Source: Bacteroidaceae bacterium
Lineage (GTDB): Bacteria > Bacteroidota > Bacteroidia > Bacteroidales > Bacteroidaceae
Length of the DNA stretch: 64,000 bases
Assembly: GCA_045630965.1 (NCBI GenBank)
Contig: JAZQTU010000006.1
Span: 16,567-80,566, forward strand
Direction of reading: 5' to 3'
The position numbers and the translations under genes are program-made. The notes under the pieces are model-generated. The model made no database searches. It had not been told where the DNA came from and worked only from the letters and a program-made list of their open reading frames with translations. Shown here piece by piece: positions 47,004 through 56,836 of the stretch (its first letter is position 1; each line of letters begins with the position of its first letter).

Positions 47004-47815
47004 TATTTCATCAGATCTTTAAGTTCGTTGTATGTTGTCTCAATCATTATGTCTCCTGCCGAATAGGGGGCTATCTCGTATTTGTTGTATATGAATACGA
47101 TTTTTTCTTTGTCAAGAATGAAGTTGTTCGATATGAACATTTCGGTATCCATGTATAAATAGCCTTTCTCTTTTATACCGTCTATATTCTCGACCTCCAG
47201 TTGCTTGGCAAGGTTCTTTACAAGGATATCTGTCAATGGCTCTTCGTATCCTTCTTTGAGTATGTCATTCAATACAACCTCTTCGCCACTCTGTAGGTTG
47301 AAGTTCAGAACGGTGTAATAGCTGTTGGGATGTGCTCCACCGGTAAACTCTTCCCATGTTATTATGTAGTTGATAAACCCTTTATAGCCTTCTACAACCT
47401 CGCTGGTCGCATTGTAATAATTATAGAACCAAACGGAAGGCATGTCGTTATCCTTGTTGTCAATATATACGGGCAGGAGCTCGGAATATTCCTTCTTGCA
47501 TTGCGCTACGAACTCCTCGCATGCCTCTTCAACTGAATTGCTGTGGCTCTCGAAAAGAGTGTAAGCTATCGCCTGGTTGATATTGTTGCTGACTGTTGCA
47601 TCATCGGTCTTAACAAGGGATAGTGACATGTCAATCTTTAATGTAGGTGATTCGATTGCATGCTCGCTGAGCTTGAAAGTCTCGTGATATTCGAATGGTG
47701 TTATTGATATGCTGTTGTCTTCGTTGGCTTCATTACCTTTTTTAGTGTTGTTGCCACAACATATAAAAAGGAGTGCAATAAAGACATATGATATGATTTC
47801 GGTATACTTTTTCAT
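47003..47815 (-). CDS. DUF3298/DUF4163-type lipoprotein
   Basis: The ATG at 47815 gives lipoprotein signal MKKYTEIISYVFIALLFICC. The C-terminal ...TGGAHPNSYYTVLNF... block is typical of DUF3298. Confidence 0.6.
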   Translation of the reverse strand: MKKYTEIISYVFIALLFICCGNNTKKGNEANEDNSISITPFEYHETFKLSEHAIESPTLKIDMSLSLVKTDDATVSNNINQAIAYTLFESHSNSVEEACEEFVAQCKKEYSELLPVYIDNKDNDMPSVWFYNYYNATSEVVEGYKGFINYIITWEEFTGGAHPNSYYTVLNFNLQSGEEVVLNDILKEGYEEPLTDILVKNLAKQLEVENIDGIKEKGYLYMDTEMFISNNFILDKEKIVFIYNKYEIAPYSAGDIMIETTYNELKDLMK

Positions 47816-48038
47816 TTTCAGTCTGTTTGGGGCCAATAGAGCTACCATGTATGGCTCTATTTAGGCTATAAAGGTAGTGTATTTTGTATTTATACACCAA
47901 TATTGCCTCTTTAATTTTTATTTTGGTGATAAAAAAACAGCCTATCTATTGACTTCGGGTGTTTGGGAAATTAACTTCGCATAAAGAAATATCTTTTTCT
48001 TCTAAAGTGATTTTTTTAATTGTAAACATATAAATTTT

Positions 48039-49370
48039 ATGACAGTATCTCTGGTTGTTATTTCGTTTGTTCTGTTTGTATCTGTGGTTGTTATGGTAAT
48101 CTGGTACATATCTCTGTTTGGCAGGATGTCTGATTTGAAAAAAGACAAAAAGTATCTAGAGGAAACAAATTCTGAATTCTGTAATAAAATAATCAGGGAT
48201 TACAAAGATATGACTGATTTGTTTGAACAACGCAAAGAGCTTGCTGTACGTGTAGCTGCTCTTGAGAGTGAGAACAGGATGCTCCTTGAACGCATCGAGG
48301 CTCAAAAGGAGCAGTTCAATATTACTATGGAGCAAATGCGTAAGGAGTTTAAGGATATGGCAGGCGAGGCTCTGGAGAGAAACAGTGAGATGCTTAACCG
48401 TCAATCGCAGGAGAAACTGTCAAATATTCTTATACCTTTTAATAATGACCTGAAACAATTCCGCGAGAAGGTTGAAAATTATTATGGTGAAGAGAGTAGG
48501 CAACGGTTTTCGTTGCAGGAGAACATCAAGAGCCTTGTCGAAGCGAACCAACGCATCAGCCGTGATGCGGTTAATCTTACGAATGCGATAGCAGGAACCA
48601 ACAATAATAAATTCCAGGGCGATTGGGGTGAGACAATCCTTGAACAGATTCTTGAGAATTCCGGACTTATAGAAGGCGAACAGTGGGAGCATCAGGTCGT
48701 TCTGCGCGATGAAAAGGGTAGTGCTGTACTCAATGATGATACGCAACGCATAATGAAGCCCGATGTCATTGTGCATTTCCCGGGAAAGCGTGATATTATA
48801 ATAGACTCAAAAGTTTCGCTTAAAGCTTATATGTCGTATCTGTCTGCCGAGGATGATACAATGCGTGCAATGGCGCTTAAAGAACACGTGGCGAGTGTAC
48901 GTAGACATATCGACGAGCTTGCAGGCAAGCGATACGACAAATACAATATCAATTCTCTTGATTATGTAATGCTGTTCATTCCTAATGAACCGTCGTACTT
49001 CATGGCCATGGAGGCTGACAATGCATTATGGAACTATGCATATAAAAAAGGTATAGTGCTTATATCGCCTTCGAACCTCATATCAACACTTTTTGTTGTA
49101 AACTCTTTGTGGACACGCGAACGCCAGCAACGCGATGTACAGAAAATTGTCGATACTGCAAACTCCTTGTATGACAAGTTCGTGAACTTTACCGAAAACT
49201 TCCGCAAGATTGAGAGCTCGCTCGACAAAGCGCACGAAGCGTATAACGATGCTTTCAAACAGTTGAAAACCGGAAACGGAAGTATAGCGAAGAAACTCGA
49301 TGAACTGAAACAGCAGGGCTTGCTTACAACCAACAAGCAGATACATGATAACTTTATCGAAAACAAATGA
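48039..49370 (+). CDS. rmuC: DNA recombination protein RmuC
   Basis: 443-aa ORF with an N-terminal TM segment, a long coiled coil and a C-terminal RmuC nuclease-like domain (GDWGETILEQILE, PDVIVHFP...IIDSKVSL, MLFIPNE). Confidence 0.85.
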   Translation: MTVSLVVISFVLFVSVVVMVIWYISLFGRMSDLKKDKKYLEETNSEFCNKIIRDYKDMTDLFEQRKELAVRVAALESENRMLLERIEAQKEQFNITMEQMRKEFKDMAGEALERNSEMLNRQSQEKLSNILIPFNNDLKQFREKVENYYGEESRQRFSLQENIKSLVEANQRISRDAVNLTNAIAGTNNNKFQGDWGETILEQILENSGLIEGEQWEHQVVLRDEKGSAVLNDDTQRIMKPDVIVHFPGKRDIIIDSKVSLKAYMSYLSAEDDTMRAMALKEHVASVRRHIDELAGKRYDKYNINSLDYVMLFIPNEPSYFMAMEADNALWNYAYKKGIVLISPSNLISTLFVVNSLWTRERQQRDVQKIVDTANSLYDKFVNFTENFRKIESSLDKAHEAYNDAFKQLKTGNGSIAKKLDELKQQGLLTTNKQIHDNFIENK

Positions 49371-49470
49371 GAATGTCGTTTTGTTTGCAGATGAGAGTCA
49401 AACAGTATGTATTTACAAAATTTATTGCTAACTTCGCGCAACGATATTCAAAAATAGAAAATACAATATT

Positions 49471-50562
49471 ATGGGCAAGATAATACTTACAGGTGACCGT
49501 CCTACTGGCCGCCTTCATTTGGGACACTATGTAGGCTCTCTACGCCGTCGTGTAGAACTTCAGAATTCAGGTCTTTTTGACAAGATTTTCATAATGATTG
49601 CCGACGCTCAGGCGCTGACCGACAATGCCGACAATCCAGAAAAGGTGCGTCAGAACATCATTGAGGTTGCTCTTGATTACCTATCTGTTGGCATCGACCC
49701 TTCAAAGTGTACCATATTCATTCAGTCACAGGTTGCTGAACTCTGTGAACTTGCGTTCTATTATATGAACCTTGTTACAGTGTCACGTCTTCAGCGTAAC
49801 CCCACTGTAAAGACAGAAATCCAGATGCGTAATTTTGAGACAAGCATTCCTGTTGGTTTCTTTACATATCCTATCAGCCAGGCATCGGACATCACAGCAT
49901 TCCGTGCTACAACCGTTCCGGCCGGCGAGGACCAGCAGCCGATGATTGAGCAGGCCCGTGAGATTGCACGTCGTTTCAATGGTATATATGGCGAAACACT
50001 TGTTGAACCTGAGATACTTCTTCCTGACAATGCAGCATGTCTTCGCTTGCCAGGTACCGACGGTAAAGCAAAGATGAGTAAGTCGCTCGGTAACTGTATC
50101 TACCTCTCTGATACAGCCGAAGAACTCCGTCAGCATGTAATGGGTATGTACACCGACCCGGACCATCTTCGTGTTCAGGATCCTGGTAAAGTGGAAGGTA
50201 ACACTGTATTTACATATCTTGATGCATTCTGTCGTCCCGAACACTTTGAGAAATATCTCCCAGAATATCCAAACCTTGACGAACTGAAAGCTCATTACCG
50301 TCGTGGTGGTCTTGGTGATGTTAAGGTGAAGAGATTCCTTATCGCAATCCTCGAAGAAGAACTTGCTCCAATTCGTGCACGCCGCAAAGAGTGGGAGGCA
50401 AAAATCCCCGAAGTATATGCTCTTCTTAAGCAGGGTTGTGACAACGCTCGTGCCGTTGCTGCAGATACTCTTGCCGATGTACGCCGTGCGATGAAGATCA
50501 ACTATTTTGAGGATACTGAGCTTATAGCTGCGCAGGCCGAAAAATTCTCACAAAAAGGGTAA
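49471..50562 (+). CDS. trpS: Tryptophan--tRNA ligase
   Basis: 363-aa ORF with HIGH-type RLHLGHYVG and KMSKSLGN motifs. Confidence 0.9.
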   Translation: MGKIILTGDRPTGRLHLGHYVGSLRRRVELQNSGLFDKIFIMIADAQALTDNADNPEKVRQNIIEVALDYLSVGIDPSKCTIFIQSQVAELCELAFYYMNLVTVSRLQRNPTVKTEIQMRNFETSIPVGFFTYPISQASDITAFRATTVPAGEDQQPMIEQAREIARRFNGIYGETLVEPEILLPDNAACLRLPGTDGKAKMSKSLGNCIYLSDTAEELRQHVMGMYTDPDHLRVQDPGKVEGNTVFTYLDAFCRPEHFEKYLPEYPNLDELKAHYRRGGLGDVKVKRFLIAILEEELAPIRARRKEWEAKIPEVYALLKQGCDNARAVAADTLADVRRAMKINYFEDTELIAAQAEKFSQKG

Positions 50563-50583
50563 TAACTGCGTTATACATATTTT

Positions 50584-50629
50584 CTGCTCCATGATTTTGA
50601 ATGCAAAAATTATGGAGCAGGATTTTTTT
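50584..50629 (+). terminator. Rho-independent terminator of trpS
   Basis: Stem CTGCTCCAT / ATGGAGCAG followed by GATTTTTTT. Confidence 0.7.
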
Positions 50630-50705
50630 ATCATCTCTTTCTTGTCCTTTGTGAATAAAACATTACCTTTATGAAAAATTAGACAAATCAACTGAAAATT
50701 AACGT

Positions 50706-53021
50706 ATGAAAAAGAGTCTTTTATTATTGCCATTGCTTGCTGTGGCTCTTCTTTTGGGAAGTTGTGGCAAGAAACCTCACACGTTTGAGATAAAGGACGG
50801 TAAGTTCCTTTATGATGGCGAAAAGGTGCAGCTCATCTGTGGCGAGATGCACTATCCGCGTATTCCTGTGGAGTACTGGCGCGACCGTATGCAACGTGCA
50901 AAAGCCATGGGCTTGAATACAATTTCGGCATACGTCTTCTGGGCTGTACATGAACCACAACCTGGTGAATTCAACTTTGAAGGACAGGCTGATATTGCAC
51001 GTTTTGTGGAGATTGCCGAGGAAGAGGGACTGTTCGTTCTTTTGCGTCCCGGTCCATATGTATGTGCTGAATTTGACTTCGGAGGTTATCCTTACTGGTT
51101 GCAGAAAGACAGCTCTTTGGTGTGGCGAAGTGATAACCCGGCTTTCCTTGCAGCGTGTGAACGTTACCTGAATGCTCTTGGAAAGGAACTTGCACCACAC
51201 ACAGTTACTAATGGCGGTAACATCATAATGGTACAGGTTGAAAATGAATATGGCTCATACAGCAACGACAAGGTCTATCTTGGTAAGCTTGCCGAAATGA
51301 TAAAGAATGCAGGTTTCAATGTCCCATTGATGACATGTGACGGTTCGGGCCAGATGCCTAACGGATACATTCCTGGTATTCTGCCTACTGTGAATGGTGC
51401 CGTTGGTGAAGATATCATGACCTCTATCGACCGTTTCTATCCTGGTGGTCCTTATTTTGTTGCAGAGTTCTATCCTGCATGGTTCGACGTGTGGGGATTG
51501 CCTCACTCAGCAGTTGATTATAAAGGACCGGCTGCGCAGCTCGATTGGATGCTGAGCCATGATGTTTCAGTAAGTATATATATGTTCCATGGAGGAACCA
51601 ATTTCCATTACACCAATGGTGCAAATACCAATAACGGCTCATACGAACCACAACCTACAAGCTATGATTATGATGCACCGTTGGGTGAATATGGAAATGC
51701 ATATCCCAAATACCATGCGTTCCGTGAGGTGATACAGAAGAACCTTCCCGAAGGTGTTACACTGCCACCAGTACCGGCTGATAACCCTACAACAACATTC
51801 GCCGATGTAGAACTTACAGAGTGGGCACCTCTTTCTGTTGCTTTTGGCGAGAGAGTTAAGTCGGAAAAGACAATGACAATGGAGGATATGAACCAGGATT
51901 ACGGTTACATACATTATGAGACAGTAATTCTTGAACCGGTAAGCGGCAAGCTTGTTGTTGACGAGTTGCGTGACTATGCTGTAGTAGTACTTAACGGTGA
52001 GGTAGTAGGTAGCCTTGACCGTCGTTTCCGCAAAAATGCATTGCAGATCGATGTGAAAGAGCCTAACTCTGTTCTTGAAATACTTGTTGAGAACGGTGGA
52101 CGTGTAAACTATGGTAAGGACCTTATAAACAACCTCAAGGGTATCACAAAGGGTGTTACACTTAATGGTAATGAACTGACAGGTTGGACAATCACATCGT
52201 TGCCACTGCATCTTGCCGATGTTAAAAAATTCAAGTTCCCTAAAATGCGTTACGAAGGCAACCTACCAGGCTTCTATCGTGGTACTATAACCATAGATAA
52301 GGTCGGTGACACCTTCATTGACATGACAGGATGGGGCAAGGGTGCTGTTTGGGTAAACGGCAAGTCACTCGGAAAGTTCTGGGGTATTGGTCCACAGCAG
52401 ACAATGTATCTCCCGGCTCCATGGATCAAGAAGGGAGAGAACGAGATTGTGATATTTGAGATGGAAGCGACCGGCAAGCGTACTGTACGCGGACTCGACA
52501 AACCAATCCTGAGTACACTCGGTCCCGACAAGAACTCATTTGCAACTGCACGTGAATATAACCGTGTTCCTATACTTGATGAATATGACGGAATATTCAA
52601 GGGTACAGTAGAGAAGAAGACTGGATGGCAGGAGTTCATGTTTGACGGAACAAAGACATTGCGTCACTTGTGTATCGACATACAAAGTACATACGACGGT
52701 AAGCACTCATGTATCTGTGAGATTGAACTGCTCGACGAGAATGGCAATCCTATTGACAAGAAAAAGTGGAATATCGTTCACACCAATACCGAAGCAGTAG
52801 GCGAAGGCTTTGCCGAAGATATGATTGACGGCGATGAGAGAACCTATTGGCATTCGGCATGGAAGAGCGATGTAAAACCATTGCCTCACCAAATAATTGT
52901 AGACCTTGGAAATATCCGCAGCGTGAAAGGTTTCCGCATCTGCATGCGCAATGTAAACCTTCCAGGTTGCATAAAGGATTTCTGCCTCTACGGCCGCCCA
53001 CAGTTCTTCCTTTATGAATAA
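50706..53021 (+). CDS. GH35 beta-galactosidase with C-terminal F5/8 type C (discoidin)-like domain
   Basis: 771-aa ORF with a signal/lipobox (...LLLGSC). GH35 blocks GEMHYPRIP, NTISAYVFW and MVQVENEYGSY are present. The C-terminal region has ...IDGDERTYWHSAW.... Confidence 0.85.
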   Translation: MKKSLLLLPLLAVALLLGSCGKKPHTFEIKDGKFLYDGEKVQLICGEMHYPRIPVEYWRDRMQRAKAMGLNTISAYVFWAVHEPQPGEFNFEGQADIARFVEIAEEEGLFVLLRPGPYVCAEFDFGGYPYWLQKDSSLVWRSDNPAFLAACERYLNALGKELAPHTVTNGGNIIMVQVENEYGSYSNDKVYLGKLAEMIKNAGFNVPLMTCDGSGQMPNGYIPGILPTVNGAVGEDIMTSIDRFYPGGPYFVAEFYPAWFDVWGLPHSAVDYKGPAAQLDWMLSHDVSVSIYMFHGGTNFHYTNGANTNNGSYEPQPTSYDYDAPLGEYGNAYPKYHAFREVIQKNLPEGVTLPPVPADNPTTTFADVELTEWAPLSVAFGERVKSEKTMTMEDMNQDYGYIHYETVILEPVSGKLVVDELRDYAVVVLNGEVVGSLDRRFRKNALQIDVKEPNSVLEILVENGGRVNYGKDLINNLKGITKGVTLNGNELTGWTITSLPLHLADVKKFKFPKMRYEGNLPGFYRGTITIDKVGDTFIDMTGWGKGAVWVNGKSLGKFWGIGPQQTMYLPAPWIKKGENEIVIFEMEATGKRTVRGLDKPILSTLGPDKNSFATAREYNRVPILDEYDGIFKGTVEKKTGWQEFMFDGTKTLRHLCIDIQSTYDGKHSCICEIELLDENGNPIDKKKWNIVHTNTEAVGEGFAEDMIDGDERTYWHSAWKSDVKPLPHQIIVDLGNIRSVKGFRICMRNVNLPGCIKDFCLYGRPQFFLYE

Positions 53022-53034
53022 TTGAAATACTTGT

Positions 53035-53080
53035 AATAGAAATCGGTTTCACACAAAATTGTGTGAAACCGATTTCTATT
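53035..53080. terminator. 46-nt perfect palindrome (22-bp stem) between convergent GH35 and terL
   Basis: AATAGAAATCGGTTTCACACAA AA-centre TTGTGTGAAACCGATTTCTATT. The right arm overlaps the terL stop codon (53079-53081). Confidence 0.75.
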
Positions 53081-55067
53081 ACATGCTCGCTTCGCTGACA
53101 ATCCTGCGTTTGCGTTTATTGGGGTTCTCTGTGGTGATTGGTGTGGGCAGTGGGTGGTTGTAGCATATCCACACTAATATGGCTGTTGCCATGACGCGGT
53201 CGTCATGGTTGCCTTCAATGGCGCCCATCTCTTTGCCGTTCTCCTTGTATTCGTAGAGGTCGAGTTCGTATGTTGTCTCAAGGCACCGTTCTATATATAA
53301 CCCGTCGCGCAAGGCCTTGATAAGGAAATTTATCACCATTGGTTTTGTGGAGCTGTTGGTGTGGAATCCCCACCGTCGTGGGCGTCCTTGCTTGACTTCC
53401 TGCAACGATGTACGGCAATAGAGGTTGCTGTATCTGCCCGATATTTCGTTCAGGATATACTCGAAGTTGTTGCCTTCGGTTCCTTCTGTCTCCAGCGTGT
53501 TGGCTTCTATCACAAGCAGGGCATTGTCGTATGCTCGTGCTATCTCCATGGCTTTCCATGCGAGCTTGTCATGTTCAATATGTCCGTGCCAGCATGCTGC
53601 AATCTCCGGCACTCCGCCGTCGGGCATTGCCCCACGGTCTGCTACCACTATGCATGAGTAGTCGGCTTTCTTGCTTGTTCCGCCTACATCTACAGTAACG
53701 ATGTATCTGTCGCGCATGTGCTGTCCGTCGTCGGGCATGAGCCACACGCGTAACATATCGCTTCCTTTGTCCTCACCCGGCAGGCACGGCACGAACTCAC
53801 TCTTGCCGTTTCGCGCGATGATCTCACCTACGAATAGCGGTGGGACGCAGTTCTCTCTAGCGTCGTTGACATACATTGTGCGGAATACTCTCCGTCCTGT
53901 GCTTTGGAACGCTTCGTTGGCTGTTGAAGGAAACTCGGAAAAGAGACGCCACTCGTCGGGCATCTCACGGCGTTTGTCGCGGTACCATGCAATGGCTTCA
54001 AGGGTAGCACCCAGCCTGAACAGCTCGTGCTCATATTCATCCATGCTACCGATGAATGCGCTGTAATCATTTTCTTTCATTGGCTTGCTGTAGAGGTCTA
54101 TGCTGAACCATGGAATAAATACAGGGGTGAAGTTGTTACGCTTTTCTGTGGCATCAATCCATGTTCTGTGAAAGAAATTTCCTACTCCCTTGGCTGTTGA
54201 TTCAATGACTTTCATTGTATAGGGTCCGCTGGCTATTGAACCGAATATTGACTGTACAAGGTCTTCGGGTTTTCGTCCGTGTGTGGCTTTCCACAAGCCA
54301 ACTTCGGTGAGGTGTGCCATGCTTATATCTTCACTTCTCAGGGAGTCGGGCTTTTGTGCCGACCCAAGCGAATAACGGCTGTTGCTCCAGCTTATGACAC
54401 GTGTCTTCTGTGCTCCTTGATAGGGCGAAGTTGTAAGCTGTTTGCCGCCTGTTGCCCATGTGGGGTAGCGCGAAATTACCTTTGCGAGCATTCCTGCCAC
54501 AATTGATGACTGTTTCTCTATGTCGCCACAGATGACGCTGTTCCAGTTGTTTTTGTGGACAAGCTGTATCCATAACATGTACAGCTGCGTCAGGGTAGAA
54601 CCACCCCATTGGCGTGCCTTGCATAAAATGATGTCTATCGGCTTTCCGGCAAGGCGCAACTCTTCCATGGCTTTCAGGTATATGCGTTGCGGACGGTTGA
54701 GGGTGAAGGCTGTGTCGCGTCCTTTGCCTTTGTCCGAAATTGTTGTCATGCTTCTTGCCCAATACTCAAAGTCATGCCTTATGCGTAACAGGCAAAAGTT
54801 GAGCCATAACTTTATAATGTTCCTGTTGTTCGCCTCCTGGCCGGCAATTTCATTGAGGTAGTGCTCGGCACCAAGCTCTGCAATCTGTTGTACAACCGGT
54901 TCGTCAAGCATGCTTGTAGGAAGGTTTATCTTTTCTATAGGAAATCCTTCCATTGTAACCCAGCTGCGTGGCACGGACATTGATCCTTCGCCTGTTATAG
55001 GATTATAAACGGCAGAGATTTCTCTCAGCCGTTCTCTATTCTTCTCTATGATTTTTTCTTTGTCCAT
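53079..55067 (-). CDS. terL: Terminase large subunit
   Basis: 662-aa ORF with Walker-A-like ILCKARQWGGSTLTQ. The C-terminal RNase-H-like nuclease has IVTVDVGGTSKKADYSCIVVADR and the terminal ...EGNHDDRVMATAILVW motif typical of TerL. Confidence 0.8.
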   Translation of the reverse strand: MDKEKIIEKNRERLREISAVYNPITGEGSMSVPRSWVTMEGFPIEKINLPTSMLDEPVVQQIAELGAEHYLNEIAGQEANNRNIIKLWLNFCLLRIRHDFEYWARSMTTISDKGKGRDTAFTLNRPQRIYLKAMEELRLAGKPIDIILCKARQWGGSTLTQLYMLWIQLVHKNNWNSVICGDIEKQSSIVAGMLAKVISRYPTWATGGKQLTTSPYQGAQKTRVISWSNSRYSLGSAQKPDSLRSEDISMAHLTEVGLWKATHGRKPEDLVQSIFGSIASGPYTMKVIESTAKGVGNFFHRTWIDATEKRNNFTPVFIPWFSIDLYSKPMKENDYSAFIGSMDEYEHELFRLGATLEAIAWYRDKRREMPDEWRLFSEFPSTANEAFQSTGRRVFRTMYVNDARENCVPPLFVGEIIARNGKSEFVPCLPGEDKGSDMLRVWLMPDDGQHMRDRYIVTVDVGGTSKKADYSCIVVADRGAMPDGGVPEIAACWHGHIEHDKLAWKAMEIARAYDNALLVIEANTLETEGTEGNNFEYILNEISGRYSNLYCRTSLQEVKQGRPRRWGFHTNSSTKPMVINFLIKALRDGLYIERCLETTYELDLYEYKENGKEMGAIEGNHDDRVMATAILVWICYNHPLPTPITTENPNKRKRRIVSEASM

Positions 55068-55127
55068 GTTGGATCGTGTTCCATTTTTTATATTGCAAGG
55101 AGAACTTGCCCATGCAGTATCATCTTT

Positions 55128-55604
55128 TTATATCCCGGCGAGGTCGGTTGCTCGGCGGCGTATCCTGCGCCTGCCGTATATCTTTGCGAACATCTGCTGT
55201 ACGTTGCTGTAGAGTGCTGCGCGTAGCGATATATGACTTTGTGCCATTTCGGGACGGCGCGTAAGCAACCATTGTGCTGTAACTTCATTGACAAGGTAAT
55301 CCGTTATTGATTGCTGCAACAATGGCAATAGGTAGCTCGGGTATTCACACTCTGTCTCAAATGTTATTCCCAACTCATCGTTGTCTGTGGATGTTGATAT
55401 AAAAGGGAAACGGAGTGCAACGGCAGTAACCAGCTCGTTACATGCCTTTGTCATGAACATGTAAAGCAGTTCTTCATCATCTTTGCTACTTTGTATGGTG
55501 ACGGCATCGATATCCTTGCGCTTTGCCGCCTCTCCCATGTAATAGTTCCTTAAATCAATCTGCCGTAGCAGTCCGTCTTTCCCTATAATAATTGTGTTTT
55601 TCAT
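55128..55604 (-). CDS. Hypothetical phage protein (158 aa), paralog of 55616-56086; Arg-rich C-terminus
   Basis: Located immediately upstream of terL, a position compatible with a small terminase or head-completion role. Ends with ...YGRRRIRRRATDLAGI. Confidence 0.6.
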   Translation of the reverse strand: MKNTIIIGKDGLLRQIDLRNYYMGEAAKRKDIDAVTIQSSKDDEELLYMFMTKACNELVTAVALRFPFISTSTDNDELGITFETECEYPSYLLPLLQQSITDYLVNEVTAQWLLTRRPEMAQSHISLRAALYSNVQQMFAKIYGRRRIRRRATDLAGI

Positions 55605-55615
55605 AGTCTGTTCCT

Positions 55616-56086
55616 TTATGGCTTTTTACGCAGTGCAAGCAGTTCCTGCAACTGTTTCATGCATAGCTGTATCTTGCCTGCCGAAAGGTTGGCATCGTCG
55701 CTTTTGACAAGAATATACCATTGTTGCATGCATCTGTTGAATACAATGTTCGTTATGATGTCTTCAAGTGCTTCGGTAACTCCCTCAGGATAATTGGCTG
55801 GAATAGTTATGCAAAAGCGGTGAATCCTGTAAAGGTTGTTATCCTGTTCTGTGTCGTGCGAAACTGTACATTCACCTAAATAATGTCCTATGGTAACAGC
55901 ACACTCGTTGATTGCTGTCAATACATAATCGTCAAAGAGCCTTTTGTCGTCATCTGTCATTATTAATCTTGCCGACAGCTTTGACGGTTGTCCGGCGCTT
56001 TCCTTTACAAGCGCGCTCTTGCCGCTTTCGTTCTTCATTCTTTCAAAAAGCCTTTTGTCGCTTATACTGATTTCTATCTCCTTCAT
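55616..56086 (-). CDS. Hypothetical phage protein (156 aa), paralog of 55128-55604
   Basis: It shares a collinear pattern with its neighbour: an acidic stretch, A.NE..(V/T)T, a YP motif, I(T/I).(Y/I).(V/F)N, then QW(L/Y). Confidence 0.6.
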   Translation of the reverse strand: MKEIEISISDKRLFERMKNESGKSALVKESAGQPSKLSARLIMTDDDKRLFDDYVLTAINECAVTIGHYLGECTVSHDTEQDNNLYRIHRFCITIPANYPEGVTEALEDIITNIVFNRCMQQWYILVKSDDANLSAGKIQLCMKQLQELLALRKKP

Positions 56087-56150
56087 CCTTTCTCTGTTTT
56101 GTTATTGCACAAAGGTATATATGTCGTTGGCTGTGAAGTTTGCTGTTTTG

Positions 56151-56579
56151 CTAATTCAAGGCAAATTCTCTGTTGCGTTGGCGTATCGTCTTGTAGATTA
56201 TACCTCTGAAGGTCTCCTCTTCAAGGTAGAATGACGGTGCCGGTTCTTCAATAATCTTTTCAAGGATAATATATTTGTAGCGCTTGCTGCAATCTTTTAC
56301 CTGTTGCTTGTATCTGCGGTATATCTCCTTGTACATGGCAATCTTGTTCTCGTTGACTATCGGTAGTTTCTTCTTTCGCGATAACAACGAAACGAACCTT
56401 CGTGCATTCTCAAATGTAACATAGAAACGCGGAGCCTTGCTCTTTACAGCGTACTCAATCACTTCGTTCTGCGTTGCGAACGGCCTTGTTTTTCGTACCT
56501 CCTTGTACGATTCGTAGAAACTGTTGATTACATCCTGTTTACGCATCTCGCGAACAGAATTGTTCATGGTGTTTTTCAT
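56151..56579 (-). CDS. Hypothetical basic protein (142 aa), first gene of packaging operon
   Basis: The ORF opens at 56642, but the ATG at 56579 (MKNTMNNS...) lies 17 nt downstream of a perfect TACTTTTG -7 box. Lys/Arg-rich, and possibly DNA-binding or a small terminase. Confidence 0.55.
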   Translation of the reverse strand: MKNTMNNSVREMRKQDVINSFYESYKEVRKTRPFATQNEVIEYAVKSKAPRFYVTFENARRFVSLLSRKKKLPIVNENKIAMYKEIYRRYKQQVKDCSKRYKYIILEKIIEEPAPSFYLEEETFRGIIYKTIRQRNREFALN

Positions 56580-56596
56580 CTGCTTTTTTTTGAATA

Positions 56597-56639
56597 CAAA
56601 AGTATAGCCGAAAATGGCTAATAGTTTGCTGTTTTGACA
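56597..56639 (-). promoter_or_regulatory. Packaging-operon promoter: TGTCAAAACAGCAAA box, TAGCC-N6-GGCTA palindrome, TACTTTTG -7 box
   Basis: The minus strand reads TGTCAAAACAGCAAA (56639-56625), then a 20-nt spacer containing the palindrome (plus strand TAGCCGAAAATGGCTA, 56605-56620), then TACTTTTG (56604-56597). The ATG at 56579 follows 17 nt later. Confidence 0.6.
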
Positions 56640-56770
56640 CAAGTTTTCAACATATACATAAATGGAAAATGAAACTTTGTTAAGGACAAAATGAACTTAT
56701 GACAGTTAATTATGTACGCGTGCGCAAGGAGCTTCTTTGTGGGTACATATCATAATCCAATCTCTTCTAA

Positions 56771-56815
56771 TTGTCATTTCAGCAACCTTCTCGGGCTTTT
56801 CGTGTTGTTCCTTTG
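56771..56815 (+). promoter_or_regulatory. Head-operon promoter: TTGTCATTTCAGCAAC box + TTCCTTTG -7-like box
   Basis: The 16-nt string at 56771-56786 is identical to 32070-32085. After a 21-nt spacer comes TTCCTTTG (56808-56815), and the ATG at 56837 follows 21 nt later. Confidence 0.6.
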
Positions 56816-56836
56816 CCGTTGAAAAAAATATTGATT

